In this document: positions 1-13,800 of the stretch, piece by piece
Numbering within the stretch: position 1 is the stretch's first letter
Layout: every line of letters starts with the position of its first letter
NCBI GenBank assembly: GCA_013115125.1
Contig: JABANN010000208.1
Coordinates: 1 to 53,026, forward strand
Direction: 5' to 3'
DNA length: 53,026 nucleotides
Source: Perkinsus olseni
Taxonomy: Eukaryota
Notes under the pieces: model-generated
Seen by the model: only the letters and a program-made list of their open reading frames with translations
Database searches by the model: none
What the model was told of the DNA's origin: nothing
Position numbers and translations under genes: made by a program

Positions 1-91
1 TGCCCAGGCTCGCTGATGTGTCGCTTGCGCGACAGTTTATGGTTTTTGGCAAACCCGGCGCCTTACCACCGAGTCTATACTATGGAGTACA

Positions 92-556
92 GTGTACTCA
101 GTACACGAAATAAAATTCCTCGTGTCTGTCTCAGCCGAATTGGCAGCGCGAGGAGAGCGCACTGACATTTACCTCCAGCAAGCAGGCATGCCCTCCCTCT
201 CTGCCTCTCGAGTGAGTGAAGAACTTCGCCGTGGAGGCCGGCGTGCGAAAGCTCACTCTCGCGAGAAAAAAAGACTCGTCCAGAAGCTTCAGAAGGTATC
301 CAAGGCCGTTAATGCACATATGGACATAGTAGAAATGGGGCTACTACAAATGGTTAGCAATTCACACTGCTGTGAAGTGCTGAGGCGCTGGATAGCGTTG
401 ATAGAAAGAGGGTTGCAGAGATCTCCTCCTTACGGACTTGCCGTGAGGGCCTCTGGACTCTCTGTCGTCGAGCAAGTTGCGAAGGTGATGGCTCCCGAGT
501 ACGAGGAGTGGTTCAGAAAACATGGGAGAGTATGCCGATCATCAGTAAGCCAGTGA
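92..556 (+). CDS. Hypothetical ORF (possibly an exon or a repeat-derived fragment)
   Basis: 154-codon open frame with protein-like composition. GTG start and no recognisable motif. Confidence 0.3.
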   Translation: MYSVHEIKFLVSVSAELAARGERTDIYLQQAGMPSLSASRVSEELRRGGRRAKAHSREKKRLVQKLQKVSKAVNAHMDIVEMGLLQMVSNSHCCEVLRRWIALIERGLQRSPPYGLAVRASGLSVVEQVAKVMAPEYEEWFRKHGRVCRSSVSQ

Positions 557-750
557 ATGTGGCCAGCAGATTCGCAGATGGCTTAGATTTGCATGATCAG
601 AACTCCAAGCTTTTAACGAGTTGCGTTGCACAGATAGGGAAGTCTCCGTGTTCAACACATGATCACTCATCGGCTAGGATGCACAGTCCGCCTCACTCAT
701 CGCCTAAGCGAAGTTCCGCAGACTACTGGCGAGCTCGAATAGGAATAGAA

Positions 751-1001
751 ACCTCCAGCCACGCTAGCCGTACAGTGGCTCCTGTCGGTAGTGAGGTACG
801 GGCAAACTCTCGCTGGGTTCACAGTCCGTCTCACTTGTCGCCCAACCCAAGGCCAGAACAGTATTGCCGAGCTCGGATTGGACCCGCAACGCCGTTGCTC
901 GCTCCCTTTGACCCAGGGACCTGGGACACGTAGCCGCTTCTGACACCTCTAGCCACGCTAGCCGTACAGTGGGTCCTGTCGGTAGTGAGGTACGGGCAAA
1001 C
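751..1001 (+). repeat. 57-bp direct repeat (751-807 and 945-1001)
   Basis: ACCTCYAGCCACGCTAGCCGTACAGTGGSTCCTGTCGGTAGTGAGGTACGGGCAAAC occurs twice with 2 mismatches. Confidence 0.9.
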
Positions 1002-1495
1002 GCAGTCCTGTAGTGAGCCCTGTGCTGGGGTGTCGAAGGGGTGTGTCGACAGGGAGGAGCAGGGAAAGTAGCGCTAACTGGGACAGGCAGACCCCCGACA
1101 CACCCCGGATGTCCCAGAGCAGGCGGAAGCTTCCACTGTAGGCTGTAGCGCGAATGGGAGGGCGAGATAGCGCTCGGCACTTATTCTGGAGGAATTGGCC
1201 AGAAAAGGGAAATTAGTGGCCTGAAAAATGGGTTTGGCCAGGCGCGCGAGAAAGAGAAAAGCGGGAAAGGGAGAAAGGGGGCAGAAAACGAATCTTGACA
1301 AGGGAGAGTAAAATTTTGAGGGAGAGGAGGAAAAAGTTGACAAGGAAGAGAAAAATGTTGACGAGCTGAAGCATATGCCTCGCACGTCGCGGGTTCGAAT
1401 CCCACGACGTCTGTTTCTAAGTAGGTGATAATTGGCGTCAACTAGGCAACTTCTGACCTGTTTTAGCGCAGCTTACGGTGCCACTAGCCGCCTGT

Positions 1496-1651
1496 GTTAT
1501 GGGAAGGCCGCGAAAAAGTGAAAAAACGCATTTTTTGGGTGAAAAGCGGTAAATTTCAATTTTTCTTGAAATTTCGGCTGGCCGCCGAAATTTCATGAAA
1601 TTTTCGAAATTGAAATGTCTGAAACGTGAAATTTCACAGGGCCTACATAAC
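1496..1651. mobile_element. Possible non-autonomous DNA transposon remnant rich in GAAATTTC palindromes
   Basis: Perfect 12-bp inverted repeat TGAAATTTCGGC/GCCGAAATTTCA at 1567-1595, several GAAATT motifs, and imperfect inverted ends GTTATG..AGGCC / GGCCTACATAAC. Confidence 0.35.
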
Positions 1652-2844
1652 CCTGCTGTAGACCATAGGCTAAGTAACGTGGCAGGCGGACAAACTCTTC
1701 TCTCCCGTAAATACTTTCTCCCCAACTTACTATGCCAAAACAGTACTGTTCCGCCAAATGGTGTCGTACCGGCGTGGAAAAATAACCCCACCACTGACTC
1801 TATGGCCGTGGCCACCTCTCGGAGCTGCAGTGCTAGGCTGTGCCGAGACCAACGCTGACGGAGGGAAGATAGCGGCCAGCGCTTCCTTCCAAGAAGGACA
1901 GAATTGCGATGGACTTGCGCTGTGATGATTAGTAGAATAACAACTGGGACAGATACGAGTTGGGCAAGCGTGCTGCTATGACTTGCGAATGAGGCTTTAG
2001 CTCGACGATGGATGATAATAACGTGGTACGAAAGAGAATGGCAACGGGGGAAATCAAAGGCTCGAAATGTCGAAGTCAAGAAATTGAAGTAGAATGACCG
2101 GTCTCGAGGGTTGAACCTCCGCGGGAAACATATGCATCGGTTGTGAAAGTCCGAAAATCCAGAACCGATTCTGTCGGCGATTGAGCTGCTTAGTCGAGCT
2201 GTTGATGATAGACGCCTCACTTGTATAGCCTACCTCCCATAGGTTTAGGTAATTGGTAATAGGCGTTGCGTTGTAAAGCCTACTATCTCCGACTTGCGTA
2301 TTCTCGTTTCCATTCGACAAATGATCTTGAACTGGGGCCTTACTCACATGGCCGCCACTAACCCTGAGTAGCCACTTAAGGGCTGTTTCAAGTGTTAGTG
2401 AGTTTCACATGACCTCCCTTAAGTGGCGATGAGTGACCTCCCTTTGGAAAATCCGTCCCTAAGTGCTAGTAGCGGCCATGTGAAATACGCCCCTGTATTT
2501 AATTGGCGAAGAGCAGTTCTAGAACTCATTCTGATATTGAGGTTAAGTTTTTGGAACTGAGGGACTATTGTAATTGGGAACTCAATACCCAAGGATACCC
2601 ACAGGTACAAGTATATAAGAAGATAAGTGGTAATGGAACAGTGTAGTACGCTTTACGTGAGCTAAGCTAAGATATCTGTATCATCACAGCTGACACAAGA
2701 GTATTACACTACGGGGCGGTTCAATTGACTAATTCTGACGGTCAGAGTCGATTCTGGAACTGAATTTCACGTTTAGCAGAATCCATTCCAGGACCGATTC
2801 TTTCTTGGACGGGGACACTTCTTCGTTCAACAGTTCCCTTACCA

Positions 2845-5800
2845 ATGAAGACATGCTACTACGAGATCCTCGGAGTTGATCGCAGCTGCTCGGCCGATGA
2901 CATCAAGAAAGCGTAAGACCACTGCCAACACGTCTTAAGTCTTTGCTTGGAGGACCGCAGTAGCTCGCGGCTGGGAGAGTTATTGAAGACCTCTATTGTG
3001 TATTATTGGCGTGATGACAGCAGCCAGAAGCGGCCTTTGTGCTGAAGAGACGTGGCGATTATACCATGTACAGCACGATGTATGAGGAAAGCTTCTATCG
3101 AGAAAAAATCTGAAATATATTATCGTCGAATTGACGCAGAATTTTCACCTGAATACGACGGTGGAATTATGAGGTTCGTTCTCATCAGGTACCGGAAACT
3201 GGCGCTGAAGTGGCACCCGGATAAGAACCAGAATTCGGATGACGCTAAGGAAGTAGTTATTCCTCGTCGCATGTTACTTGTTTTAACCTGTGGTCTGAGG
3301 AAATATTCTCTGGCGCTGGAAGCTCTCTGGTGGAGAGCGGACACATGCCGGCTCCCCGCCATTCAAATTCACTCCAATCGGTTATACAGATCGACTGAAG
3401 GTGTCACCACAGTGGCACCCCGCACGATCATCGACGGTCTCAGCTCCTTTTCCCGTGGTTTTTAGATGTTCCAGCTGATCACGGAAGCTAATGAAGTCCT
3501 CAGCGACCCACAGGAGCGTGCATGGTATGACGATCATCGAGACCAGATCTTGAGAGGGGACGACGCCCTTGATACGGACGAGGAATCGAAGGAAGAGGCT
3601 GGTAGTGAATTTCGTTCGGGAGTGGAGTGCATTTAATACTGATAACAATAAATATAAGATACTAATAATAAATAATATCTGAGGTATGGTATTTAGTATA
3701 CTATATGAATCTAGTAATAGTAGTAATTTGATAGGCTAGAATATAATGGAGTTCCACCCGCGATGTGAAAAACACATCGCGAAATCCACGCTCGACAAGT
3801 GAAAAACGCGTAAGACACCCGAGGTGTTTCACTCGCGGTGATCGTGAAATTTCCAAATTTTACTTAACTCAATTCCAGCAGATGAGAGCAAAAGGTTTAG
3901 TTGGCTACGCCTGTGCCTGTCTGCTGATGATACAGGAAGTCAAAATAATAATATTGCATGGCACAGTGGAGTCCACTGAGTGGACTTATCGGTGCAATTA
4001 GACAGAGCCGTATGGCGATTCGGATCAAGAATGGGTCGTTTCACTGACATGGTGTCTGAGATTCATAACTGCCAGTGTAGTTTGGAGGAGTTATCAACAG
4101 TGTTAAGAAAATCTGTTGACTTGACAGTCCTACCGTGAGTAGGTCACTTAGTTAACGTATGGAAGTACTTCAACAAGAGCTGCTTCAATGGCCAGTACGA
4201 CGACTCCCAAGACGGCTTTTTCTCGGTGTAAGTACCTTTTCCTAATCCCATGCCCTTTTGGACTGGTGTGAGATTGCAGGTACAGATCCGTCTTTGGGGA
4301 CATCGCCCATCGGGAGTGCGAGGGCTTCGATACCCGTTTTGATTTGGAGGATTTTCCCACTTTTGGGTATTCTGATTCGCCTTGGGACCCCACTGTCAAG
4401 CTATTCTACAGGTAGTTAGGGATGTAGTACATATACCACACGCTTTTCACTGGGAATACTACTGTCGCCCGGTGGTGATATAGATGAGAAGAAGAGTTTA
4501 AGGCTCGTAGAAGGAGCGCAGGATGGTTCTCGGGAACAACTGAACGATCAAAACGACACTAATATCGACGCCTGTGATGCACTGAGAAGGATAGGGCGGT
4601 GGCGCTGGCGACGACACCGTGGCTACGACCGAGCGTAAGGAGCGTCAGTTGGACCACTAGTGCTACCCGCCGGTCATAAACAGCCCTCTGTGCACCCTCT
4701 ATGTGACACTGAAGAATAATAATGAGGCTACTATGCCGCATCCAATCATGAGGCCACTCGACGAAGATGCGGTATCGGTCGGTGCGGTTTGTGAGGAACT
4801 GGGATTGAGCGTACCGCTGTACTCTCCTGGTCAGCTTTCGGAGGCCTGTCTATAGCCGGGACAAGTTGAGCAGTGAGCGTTCAAAGATGCGTCGAACCGA
4901 TCGATCTGAGATTCTTAGTTGGAGTTAAAATCTGTCTTTACACGTTTGTATCCGGTGGATGAACTCCGTGTCTTGGTGCCATCTTCTGAAGTTGGAAATT
5001 TGCACTCGAGTTTCGCGTATACGACTGTGATATCTTTTCGCATGCCGGGTGGTGCCAGAGTGAGCTTTTGTGTCTGCAGTTTCTGGTCTGCATTTTCATC
5101 TGGATTGTCGTTTGGTTGGTATGATAAATGGGACGTACGTCAAGCAGAGGGGCGGCGGATGAGGCGAGCCATGGAGCAGGAGAATGCTCGAGAGAGGAAA
5201 AGTAAAAAGAAGGATTATAATGATAAGGTAATGACAGTCTTACCCAGGCTGACGGATCGCCTATGGTTTCTGATTACCCCGAAAAATTGAAGAAAATTTT
5301 CTCAACTTCGGCTATCGCCTTTAAAGCATGCCCTGTCGCCTCCTTTAAAGCATGCTCTGTCGCCTCCTTTAAAGCATGCCCTGTCGTATACTCGCGAGTG
5401 GCTGCTCGAGAAATCTTGTAACTCGTGTAAGCTCGTGAAGGTAGAAATTGAGAGACGTTAAAGAAGAAGAGGGGGGAGACGGCCTCGCCGGACGCGTTGA
5501 GTTTCGCCAGTAGTAACTTCAACGCTCGTCGTTTCGTTGAGGACAGGCTGGCTTGAGTTATGGATTGACTCTCCTCTTGTGACTGTCTAATAGTTATCCT
5601 GGCGATGATCGATCTGTAGGTCCGCCACTTGGTGGAGTATGTCCGAAACCGAGATCCGAGAGTGGCCGAGCAAAAGAAAGTGGAACAAATGGAAGCGGAC
5701 AGAGTGTAATAGGACGATTAGTGTTATGCTGTGTGAGGGTGGGTCGTGGCAGTGCTGAGCAACGTCAGGCGGAGCGAAAGCGGAAGGAAGAGTTGAAAAA

Positions 5801-8422
5801 GGAGAGAAGGGCGCGGGCCAGGTCATAGGGGAGAGTGCTCGCTGTCAGTACCCTCCTGGGTCTGATGATCACATGGTTTGGGTCCTTTCTCATTTTGGGT
5901 AGTCCGCGAATTTTCGCTGGTTGAGCGTGGTGTGGTATGACTGTCCACTCGGTGGTATCGTCTCCTATGTGATGTTGTTGTTAGGGAGGTTCAAGAGAAG
6001 CGATGGGCTGAGAATGAGGCTGAGGTTGCTGCCATGGCTAAGCGGTATGGCGGGCCTGGCTCAGAGGACTCGGGAGAGGACCAGACGCAGCAGGAGGTAG
6101 TAGTGGTAGTCGGCAGGAGGGATTGATACAGCTCAAAATGCTTCCCTAAGAAACGAGTGCTTCTTGTGGAAGAGATCTCGCTCGCCCTCGTCATTTTCCT
6201 AGGTAGGGTTTGTACTTTTCTAAGGTAGGCGAGCCATCGGGTTACTAGGTGCCTTAGGTAACGGCCAGACCTTTTATAACAGCCTTCGTGTTTTTGTCGA
6301 GATTTCTCCGGTAGATGGAACGCTGTCTCCCCGGAAGATTGCCGTTGGTCGATTGATGTCTGTGGTAGGAAGTCCAAGACGTATACGAGTGTGCGGCATG
6401 CAAGAAGGTTTTCAAGAGTCACAAGGCTTACGCGAACCACGAGAACTCTAAAAAGCACAAGGCAAGTTAATCTCAGATGCTGGGCGGGATGTTTTTCAAC
6501 TCAGTGAGGCTTAGTGTTGTGGAAAGAGTGATCTTCGATGGGTAGCACGGGGATGGAAATATCGCGTTTCGAGCGTCTCGCGCATGGGGGTGGTCACCGC
6601 GTTGTTCGTTTAGTCTGAATGCATGAGCATTCGCATACGGGGAATTCATATTGGCTGTGAATGGCCTATTGAATGATTCATGTTAGTGATCTACCAGCGG
6701 TAGATCGACGCTAGCGAAATTCACCGAGCAGAGGTTCAATCCCTGGTAAAGAGATCGGATATGCGTACCACTAGGTGATGCGAATAAGTGGTGCGAGCTA
6801 CGTAGGCTAGCATAAGTTAGTGAACCTGCCGTGACATTTAGTATTGGTTTATTGGGGCAGAGCCCCATAAGATGATTTGCTCAACCCAACCACTCCCTGG
6901 ATGCGGAGGTAGGCCACAGAAATCCATCCAGCCATCCACAGATTGTAGATGTGGTGGGGCTAGCTTTCAGTGACCTACTGGATAACCTCTTGCAACAACT
7001 GCATGTTGTTGTCGGGCATCCACATCCCCCAACCTCTGCATCATGGGAATTTCGGTTTCTGGACACAATTCGAGCATACACTCTGAATCGCCGTGCTTTG
7101 TTGCGTACTTCTATTTGAGAATCTATTCGCCGGAGTTTTCCCCCACTACTTTTTACCGAATTGAAATTCGTGGTCTCTTTTTTCAGGATGCTGTAGAGAA
7201 GCTCCGCAGGACTTTGATAGAGGACGACGCTTTTCTCGAGAGTCTGGCGGCGTCAAGTGAAGAGAGCTCGCCTGTTCTGGAGGAGACGCAGAAAGTTGAG
7301 GTTGAAAAAGAGGCGGAGCGAAGCGATTCGGGTTCTGATAGTGAGGGTTCGGTGACGGTCGAGGCTGCGACTGAAAAGAAGCTAGAGGTGTCAGCAAGCG
7401 ACTTGTTAGACGGCTACGTTGACGCGGAGAAGAGCGAACAGGGGTCGTCGTCCTGGGAGAAAATTGAACGGGCTGACGGGTCTTCGGAGTCGAGCGATGA
7501 GAGCGAAATTGAATTTGAAGTTTTTGGTAGAAATAAGGATGCCCTGGGAGGGGATGAGGAAGAGGATGAGGAAGAGGTGGCGAGCCCGAAGAAGTCCAAG
7601 GCTAGCTCGATTGGGGTAGGGCGCGATTTTTGGGATTTATGGTATCGGGTTTATCGTTGCTGTGTGCTAAGTCTCGACCTAGACCATTTTTCCAGCTCTT
7701 TTCTGGCCTCGCCTTTCTTGAACCTCGAGTTTTACGCTTCATCTCAGGTACCAGCAGGTGGTGATGATGAACCAAAATCTAGCGGAGCGAAGCAGCATCG
7801 GCGACGACGAAAAGACAAGTCTGCTGAGGATGGAGCAGAGGCTAAAGAAACGGCTACGAAGCGGTGTGATGTCTGCGGAGAAAGGTAGTGGACGATGCGC
7901 TAGTGCCCCTCATCACCGAGCCTTTATCGTCTACAAACACGACTCTGAGTTCGCCGTAGCGAGAGTTGCTAGTTTCAGTCTGATAGGAGCGGTTTCTGAG
8001 TGGTCGATGGGATTTGCTTCACCGCGTTGTACGGCGTTGTCTTCTGTGGAAAAGTCTGGACTTTGACTTCTTTCCTGACGTGGGTCGATAAATTTTGTAC
8101 ACAGCTCCAACAGAGGTTGGAGATGGTGTGGTATGGCGATCGCTTTATTGTAGTAAAATAATCATGTTATCATCATTATTTTACGCTCTAACAATCACCT
8201 TTTCGGTCAATTAAAAAAGTCAGAAATTTAGATTCCTACACAATCTAAGGTTCAGAATTGGATTGTTGAATATATACAGAGAGGGGTGGTGAGTGAATTG
8301 GTTGTGGTAGCTTCTCGAGTCGGACAAAGCTCTTCGCGCACATCAAGGAGATGGGCCATGCAGCGGCGAAGGAGGTCTCGCGGAGCAAGTCTAAGAAGGG
8401 CGGCAAGAGGCGTGCTAAGTAG
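2845..8422 (+). CDS. DNAJC21: DnaJ subfamily C member 21 / Jjj1-like J-domain and C2H2 zinc-finger protein (60S biogenesis co-chaperone), multi-exon
   Basis: Spliced exons give [36 protein letters not shown] (HPD motif) and [25 protein letters not shown]. They continue [25 protein letters not shown], zinc finger [26 protein letters not shown], and terminal finger [23 protein letters not shown]. Stop TAG at 8420-8422. Confidence 0.92.
2983..3100 (+). repeat. 118-nt intronic dispersed element, copy 1 (DNAJC21 intron 1)
   Basis: Matches the reverse complement of 27898-28015 with 3 mismatches. Confidence 0.9.
5318..5386 (+). repeat. 24-bp minisatellite, about 3 copies, intronic
   Basis: Unit CCTTTAAAGCATGCYCTGTCGCCT starts at 5318, 5342 and 5366. 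Confidence 0.9.
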
Positions 8423-8977
8423 CAATCTCATTGTTCCATTGGTGAAACTGATTCAACCTGTTTCTCATGGGGTGGGGTAGTTGGATTTGCGGGCGGTTGG
8501 GCGTGGAGTGGTATTATCGAGAGAAGTTGCTGCTTCACTCTGTCAGCGCGGAGTTACGAAGAGGTTTTCCGGAGGCGTACTCAAATGCTTCTCCCTTAAG
8601 GGGCTCGGCCCGACGGTCGCGGGCAAGCTGTAGTGGTTCGCTCAGTGCGTCATCGTCGTTTATCTTCTCTTGTGTATCGTCAACTGCTTCTTTTTCTTAG
8701 GATTGGGACTGGAATGTATTATACGAGTTGAACCGAGCCTAGGGATTGTATAGGGGCGATGGGTGTCACGGTGTTTCCGCTGTAGGCGGCGGTGTAGGAG
8801 ATCATTGATAGGCTTTTTGATTGAAAAACCGCAAAATGGCATGGCGAAGGGCAAAAATTGTATCAGTTAGGACCAGTTGTATCATGTGGGACCGACTCTA
8901 GATGGGTTGGGGATTGCATGGCAGAGTGTGTATTGCCTTTTTAGCAGTTTTGATAGCTCAGCTGGTTCTCCCGTTGT

Positions 8978-10486
8978 TTGCCAATGATTGACGACTTCCT
9001 CGAGTCACTGCAGCCAGTGGTGAGCGACAGTGAGAGCAGCGACACTGAAGATAGACAGGTGGAATTACCTTGGGCGTATGCAAGGTTGAAAGATACTTTT
9101 TCTAGGTTGAAGACAAGCCCGTATCTGCTCGGGTGTATGGGCGAGAGGAGTTGGAGTCTGTAGAGAGGCTCCTTGTGTGCACTTCTTTGGCGTCTTCCTT
9201 GAGGTGTGGTATTGAGGGGTTGCCGAGCAAAGGTAGTAGTCCGAGGGTGGACGGGATTAGTTTCTGTCGCTCGAAAATAGGAAGTTCGGGAAGATGACTT
9301 TTCGTCGTTCCTTTTTTCCTCCTCAAAGTTTCATTTTAACGGAGTTATTTCATCTCGGTGGGATTAATATTTCCGAGAGCAGCTCATTCAGCTGAACGCT
9401 AAATCTGAGATTGATCGCAGTGTCACTATACCTAAACTGATTGGGATAGGGACTCTTCTGACCGGATAAGCATAGGGCCTGATGTATGTAATCGCCATAG
9501 TCGTCGTCTGTGGTCAGGTCGAATAGATGTGCCGAGAGTCGACTACGTGCCCACTACGTCCGATGCAGTGTTGACTGTTCCGACTCGATACAACGGCCCG
9601 AGCTTGAAGGGTTTGGTATGGGGTAAATTGAGACCGAAGGAAGTTGTTGTGGCGATTACAAAGGAAGTCAGCAGCACGAGAGGGGAGGATGGCATAGTGT
9701 AATGCGAGAGGTGTCTGGTTCGATCCTTGGCAGGGCTATTTTTCTAGGTATACTCTCGGTGACCATGATAGTGGTGATCAGAGTTACCAGCCATTGCCCT
9801 TAGGGGAGGCAGTAGACGGACCAGTAGCAGGCATCATCACGGGGTGAGGTGGGGGAGGGGTGGTAGGGCACTGAAGTAAACAGTCCGCGATCGATGTTGT
9901 TCTCAAGAGGCAACAATTGCGGAATAGCTCACTTTTGGCAGAGGTCGTGTGCGCATGATAATTCCACCTATCGGATGACCCTGGCCGCGCTCCTGAATCA
10001 GGAGTCCTGATAGCGCTAGCAGAGGCATAGCTTGATGATAAGCGAGGCGCTCGATGATATCGTCTTGCTGTCCTCCTGTGGGTTAGCTGACCAGCCGGAC
10101 TAGTCTGTAGTGGGTATTTGAACTGCGTTGGGGGTGGCGAATTTCTACCTGATGAGTGAATCGCTCTATGATACCGTCTCTCTGTGGATCAGCGGACCAG
10201 ATAGATTAGGCTGGAAATGGGAAGGGGCCGTTGATTATGTGCTTTTAAACACCTTTGGGGGAGGCGAATTCCATGCTTACCTCTTCTCACTCGAACCTTT
10301 ATGGCTCTGTTCAGTGCGGTGGCGAGGAAGATCCCGGTCGCAGCCTACATACTCTACCACGGGCCTCATCCGGGCTCCTCCGCCATACTCAAATTGGCAG
10401 CCGCGGTGTCGTCGCATGGTGAGAAACATCTACCAACTGGATTGGAGATCCATTGCGGACTTTTTTTCAGGAAAATGGAATCTTAG
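8978..10486 (+). pseudogene. Possible decayed hypothetical gene
   Basis: Short protein-like frames (MIDDFLESLQPVVSDSESSDTED, EELESVERLLVC, VPRVDYVPTTSDAVLTVP, ALFSAVARKIPVAAY) separated by stops and frame changes. No family recognised. Confidence 0.25.
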
Positions 10487-10839
10487 CTTGAAGAAGGTTC
10501 ATGACGGGTTTATAAAGCTTAGCCCGTCGCTCGATAACAGAGTTTCCGTGTATATGTGAGTACGAGTATACCAGTTTCAGTATCTTTTTCGATTGCGTTG
10601 AAGCCGTACCATCCATCCGGCTTCTCTCAATCTGGCCGTGCCAGGTCGGTAAAAGGTTGTAAGCTTCCGGTGGATACGAAAAAGATTTTGTTGTTTTTCT
10701 TTCTCGAATGTACTGCTGATTTTTGCGGGCTGTGTGGCGACTCTGGCCGGTGCCGGGCGGAAATCTTCTCTGTGCGGGTAGAAGATGATACCTGCTCTAG
10801 TGTGTTGGTTTCTCTTTTGCTGCTGCTGCTGCTGTTGCC

Positions 10840-13800
10840 ATGCCGCGAATGCGTCCAGACCATCTCATCGTGCAGCGGCAGAAGCAGGAGAGGCTGTAAG
10901 CAGGACGAGTTGGATCATGGCGGTTCACTACATTAACTCTCCCCTCCCTTCACTGTCTTCATTTTTTTGAACGGAGGTTGCCTGCCATGGCCCTGAGCTT
11001 ATCGTTAATGCTAGGCGGCAAGGAAACGGCCGACGAAACGGTTAATCGATATATCATTGACTTTCTCTCGTGAGAATACATAAGCGGTCGGATTTTGGTG
11101 TGAAATAACTTCGTGTTTGCGGAAAAACCTCAATTTTTCCGATTTGCTTGACGAGTTGGTCCACCCTGAACGTTTTGGCCTCCTGCGTTAGGTACGAGGA
11201 GCGTGTGTCTGCTGCGGTCGAGAGCTCCTCCTTGCAGAAGCTGGCTGAATGGGAGAATAAAGGGGGACAGGTAGTAGGGGATGATGATGGTCCTCACCGG
11301 GAGCGCCTCTAAGGTTCTTCTTCTCCTGTTAAGTCGTTCGGATATGGTCCATTTCATATGGGTGACTATTTCCACTGCGCTCCGGCGGTTCGAACAACCT
11401 CCCTCGTTGGGTTGGAACCCATTCAACAGCAGCATCACTAATCTAGCCCCGTTACAGTGCTCATGAACTTGATAATAACAGGATTCGACTCAATTGCGCT
11501 GCAATTTTACTTCTTTTCCCTTTGGCGCGGTTGAATCGCCGCACATTTACTTGCCGGATGCTGCTATCATCTATCATCATCATCATGCACTTATGTCAGT
11601 ATTAGTGTATTGCGGTTGATATCAGTAGTATTCTTAGCGTGTTGTCTATCGTGAGTCGTTGATGTACCGAACCGAACTGTAGTGGATTCTCAGAGGAATC
11701 TGTTATAAGTATTATAGAGCATTACGCTCTACTAGCGCGGCTTGTGTCCGATGGAAGATATTAAGGGACACATCCGCACAGACAATTGAGTGAGTGAATA
11801 CACCGGATCACCGCATTGTCAGTTGTATCGGAAGCAGAGGGTGAACGCTTGCATCGCGGACCTGCGCAAACGCCGACAGCTTTTCTTGCACCACAGAAGA
11901 GCTAAACTGTCGGAGCTGCTGAAGAGGGAAGAGTGAGGAGAACGATTACCTTCGTGTGGTTTTCTTCGGTTCACGAATTTCGTGGCGCGCGGGAAAAGCC
12001 GAATTTTCCGAACGAATTCGAATGGGATAACTTGCTTCTTGTGGTGAGGTTGCTCAGTTGTACGAAAAATATGGCGATGAACCGCGGGAAAAATATTTTT
12101 CCTCTTCCGATGGGAGAAGCCTTTACTGTCAGAGCGATGTACGCGCAAGAGCTGGAAGATCGTAGGGAGACGTCAGAGCAGCAGAATGAGAAACTGAGAG
12201 AACGGGCGTTGAAGTTGAAGGCGGAGAGGGAGGAGGAGAGGATGGCGATTGCCAAGGAGAAAGAGTGAGTGGTGAAAGAGAGGGCGACATGCTTTGTGTG
12301 GGGTGGTACAGCAGTAACAATTGGGCGAAATGTGGTACTAGAGATGGTGCGTTCATATTTTATTGAAATGACGCTACTTTTGGTCGAGGTAGCATATTGT
12401 GATAAAACTACACTAAGCTTTCCTGGAGGAGCAGTGGAGCGTCATTCTCGCGTGAAGTTGAGCATTCTCAGTAATTTTCGAATGTCGGACAAGGCCGGTA
12501 GAGCTCGTTCTTCCGCTACTGTCCTTCCGCGTTTCTCTCCTGATGATTCTGTTTCTGGGAGGTTTCGTTGCCAGCGACGACTTCAAGTATTATTATTGTT
12601 ATTCTCTGACACGTCACAGTATGACCAGTGTATGCATTTCCGAACGGCGCTGACGTATTTCGTGGCGCGCGGTCAGGTATCAACGGTGGAGAGCGAGCCT
12701 TGATGAACTGCGGCAGGCGGATCATGAGTTGTTCGCATTGGAGGTGACTACTTCGGGCTGTTCGATTCGGGCAATACTGGCGTCGGAAAATGTGGGACAT
12801 CATTCGGCAAATCTTTTTTGGTGGATTTACGGTACGTGAGTGAGCTCAGCAATTACGAATCTGTGTTTGTTGGTGGCGTGTCTATCATGAAAACCCGTGA
12901 AACGGTTTTTCGGGTTGTCTTTTGACTAGCGTAGATGGTGGGGGGCCTTTGTATAGCTGGAAATGTAACGAGCAACATTCGGCAGCAAAACTTGCTCGCG
13001 CCGGAGTGGTGAGTTCGAGTAATATCTTTTTAACATCGCTCGCTGCCCTCTGTGATCGCGGCACGTCAGGTGGTGGCGACTAGGGACCAGCAGCTGACGG
13101 AAAAGGAGGATGTTAAGAAAATGGAGAAAGAGGAAGAAGCTATTTATGATAGGCTGTGGCAGGAGGGGTGGGTATTTGGAGATGCCGTGCTGCTAGCGTC
13201 ACAGTAGCGGGAGGGATACAGGATTAACGTTTGGAGTGGTACGATTACCTGAGTTCTACGGGGAAATTATTCATGGGCCCTTAATCATGGCAGTGGGAGT
13301 TATTGTTAAGAAAGCCGGTACTCGGAATGGTGGCCTTTCCTACCACCACTAAGGATGGACTCGTTTCACCTGAGTAGACTGCAAATGTTATAATTTAGGG
13401 ATTTGGACCACTTGCTGCTGGCAGCAGCAGTAGCAGCAGCAGCACCGGATGTAGGTACAAGACGAAGGTTGTGCGGGAACTAGCGCAGGAGCAGATCAAA
13501 GCAGCTCGGACTGCCCTGGCCAAGGAGACGTTGGATGAGCAGATGAAGCTGAAGAAGGCTGAGGAAAAAGTAGGGCTCCTTTTACTGATGGAATTTACAA
13601 TGCTTTGTTCTATCTTTTCGCCATTCCACGAGCGCTGAGGGCAACCGGTCGTATGCTGATTGATGCCGACTGTTGTTGAATGATGAAGCGTCAACCTCGC
13701 TGGGGCTTTCAAAGTTCACGGGGCTTTAGATGGCAAGTACTGTATAGCTATCCCGGCAATTCTGTTTTAGTGATTTCCTCGATGACCATCGGCGCCGCGG

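Noticed and set aside
1438-2220. 260-aa minus-strand ORF, and the many short or antisense ORFs in the supplied track
   Set aside because: No motifs. They run through repeat DNA or are shadows of real exons.
3027-3096. Hammerhead ribozyme (CTGAAGA...GAAA)
   Set aside because: Stem II is not closed next to GAAA, and there is no UH cleavage triplet or stem I in the required geometry.
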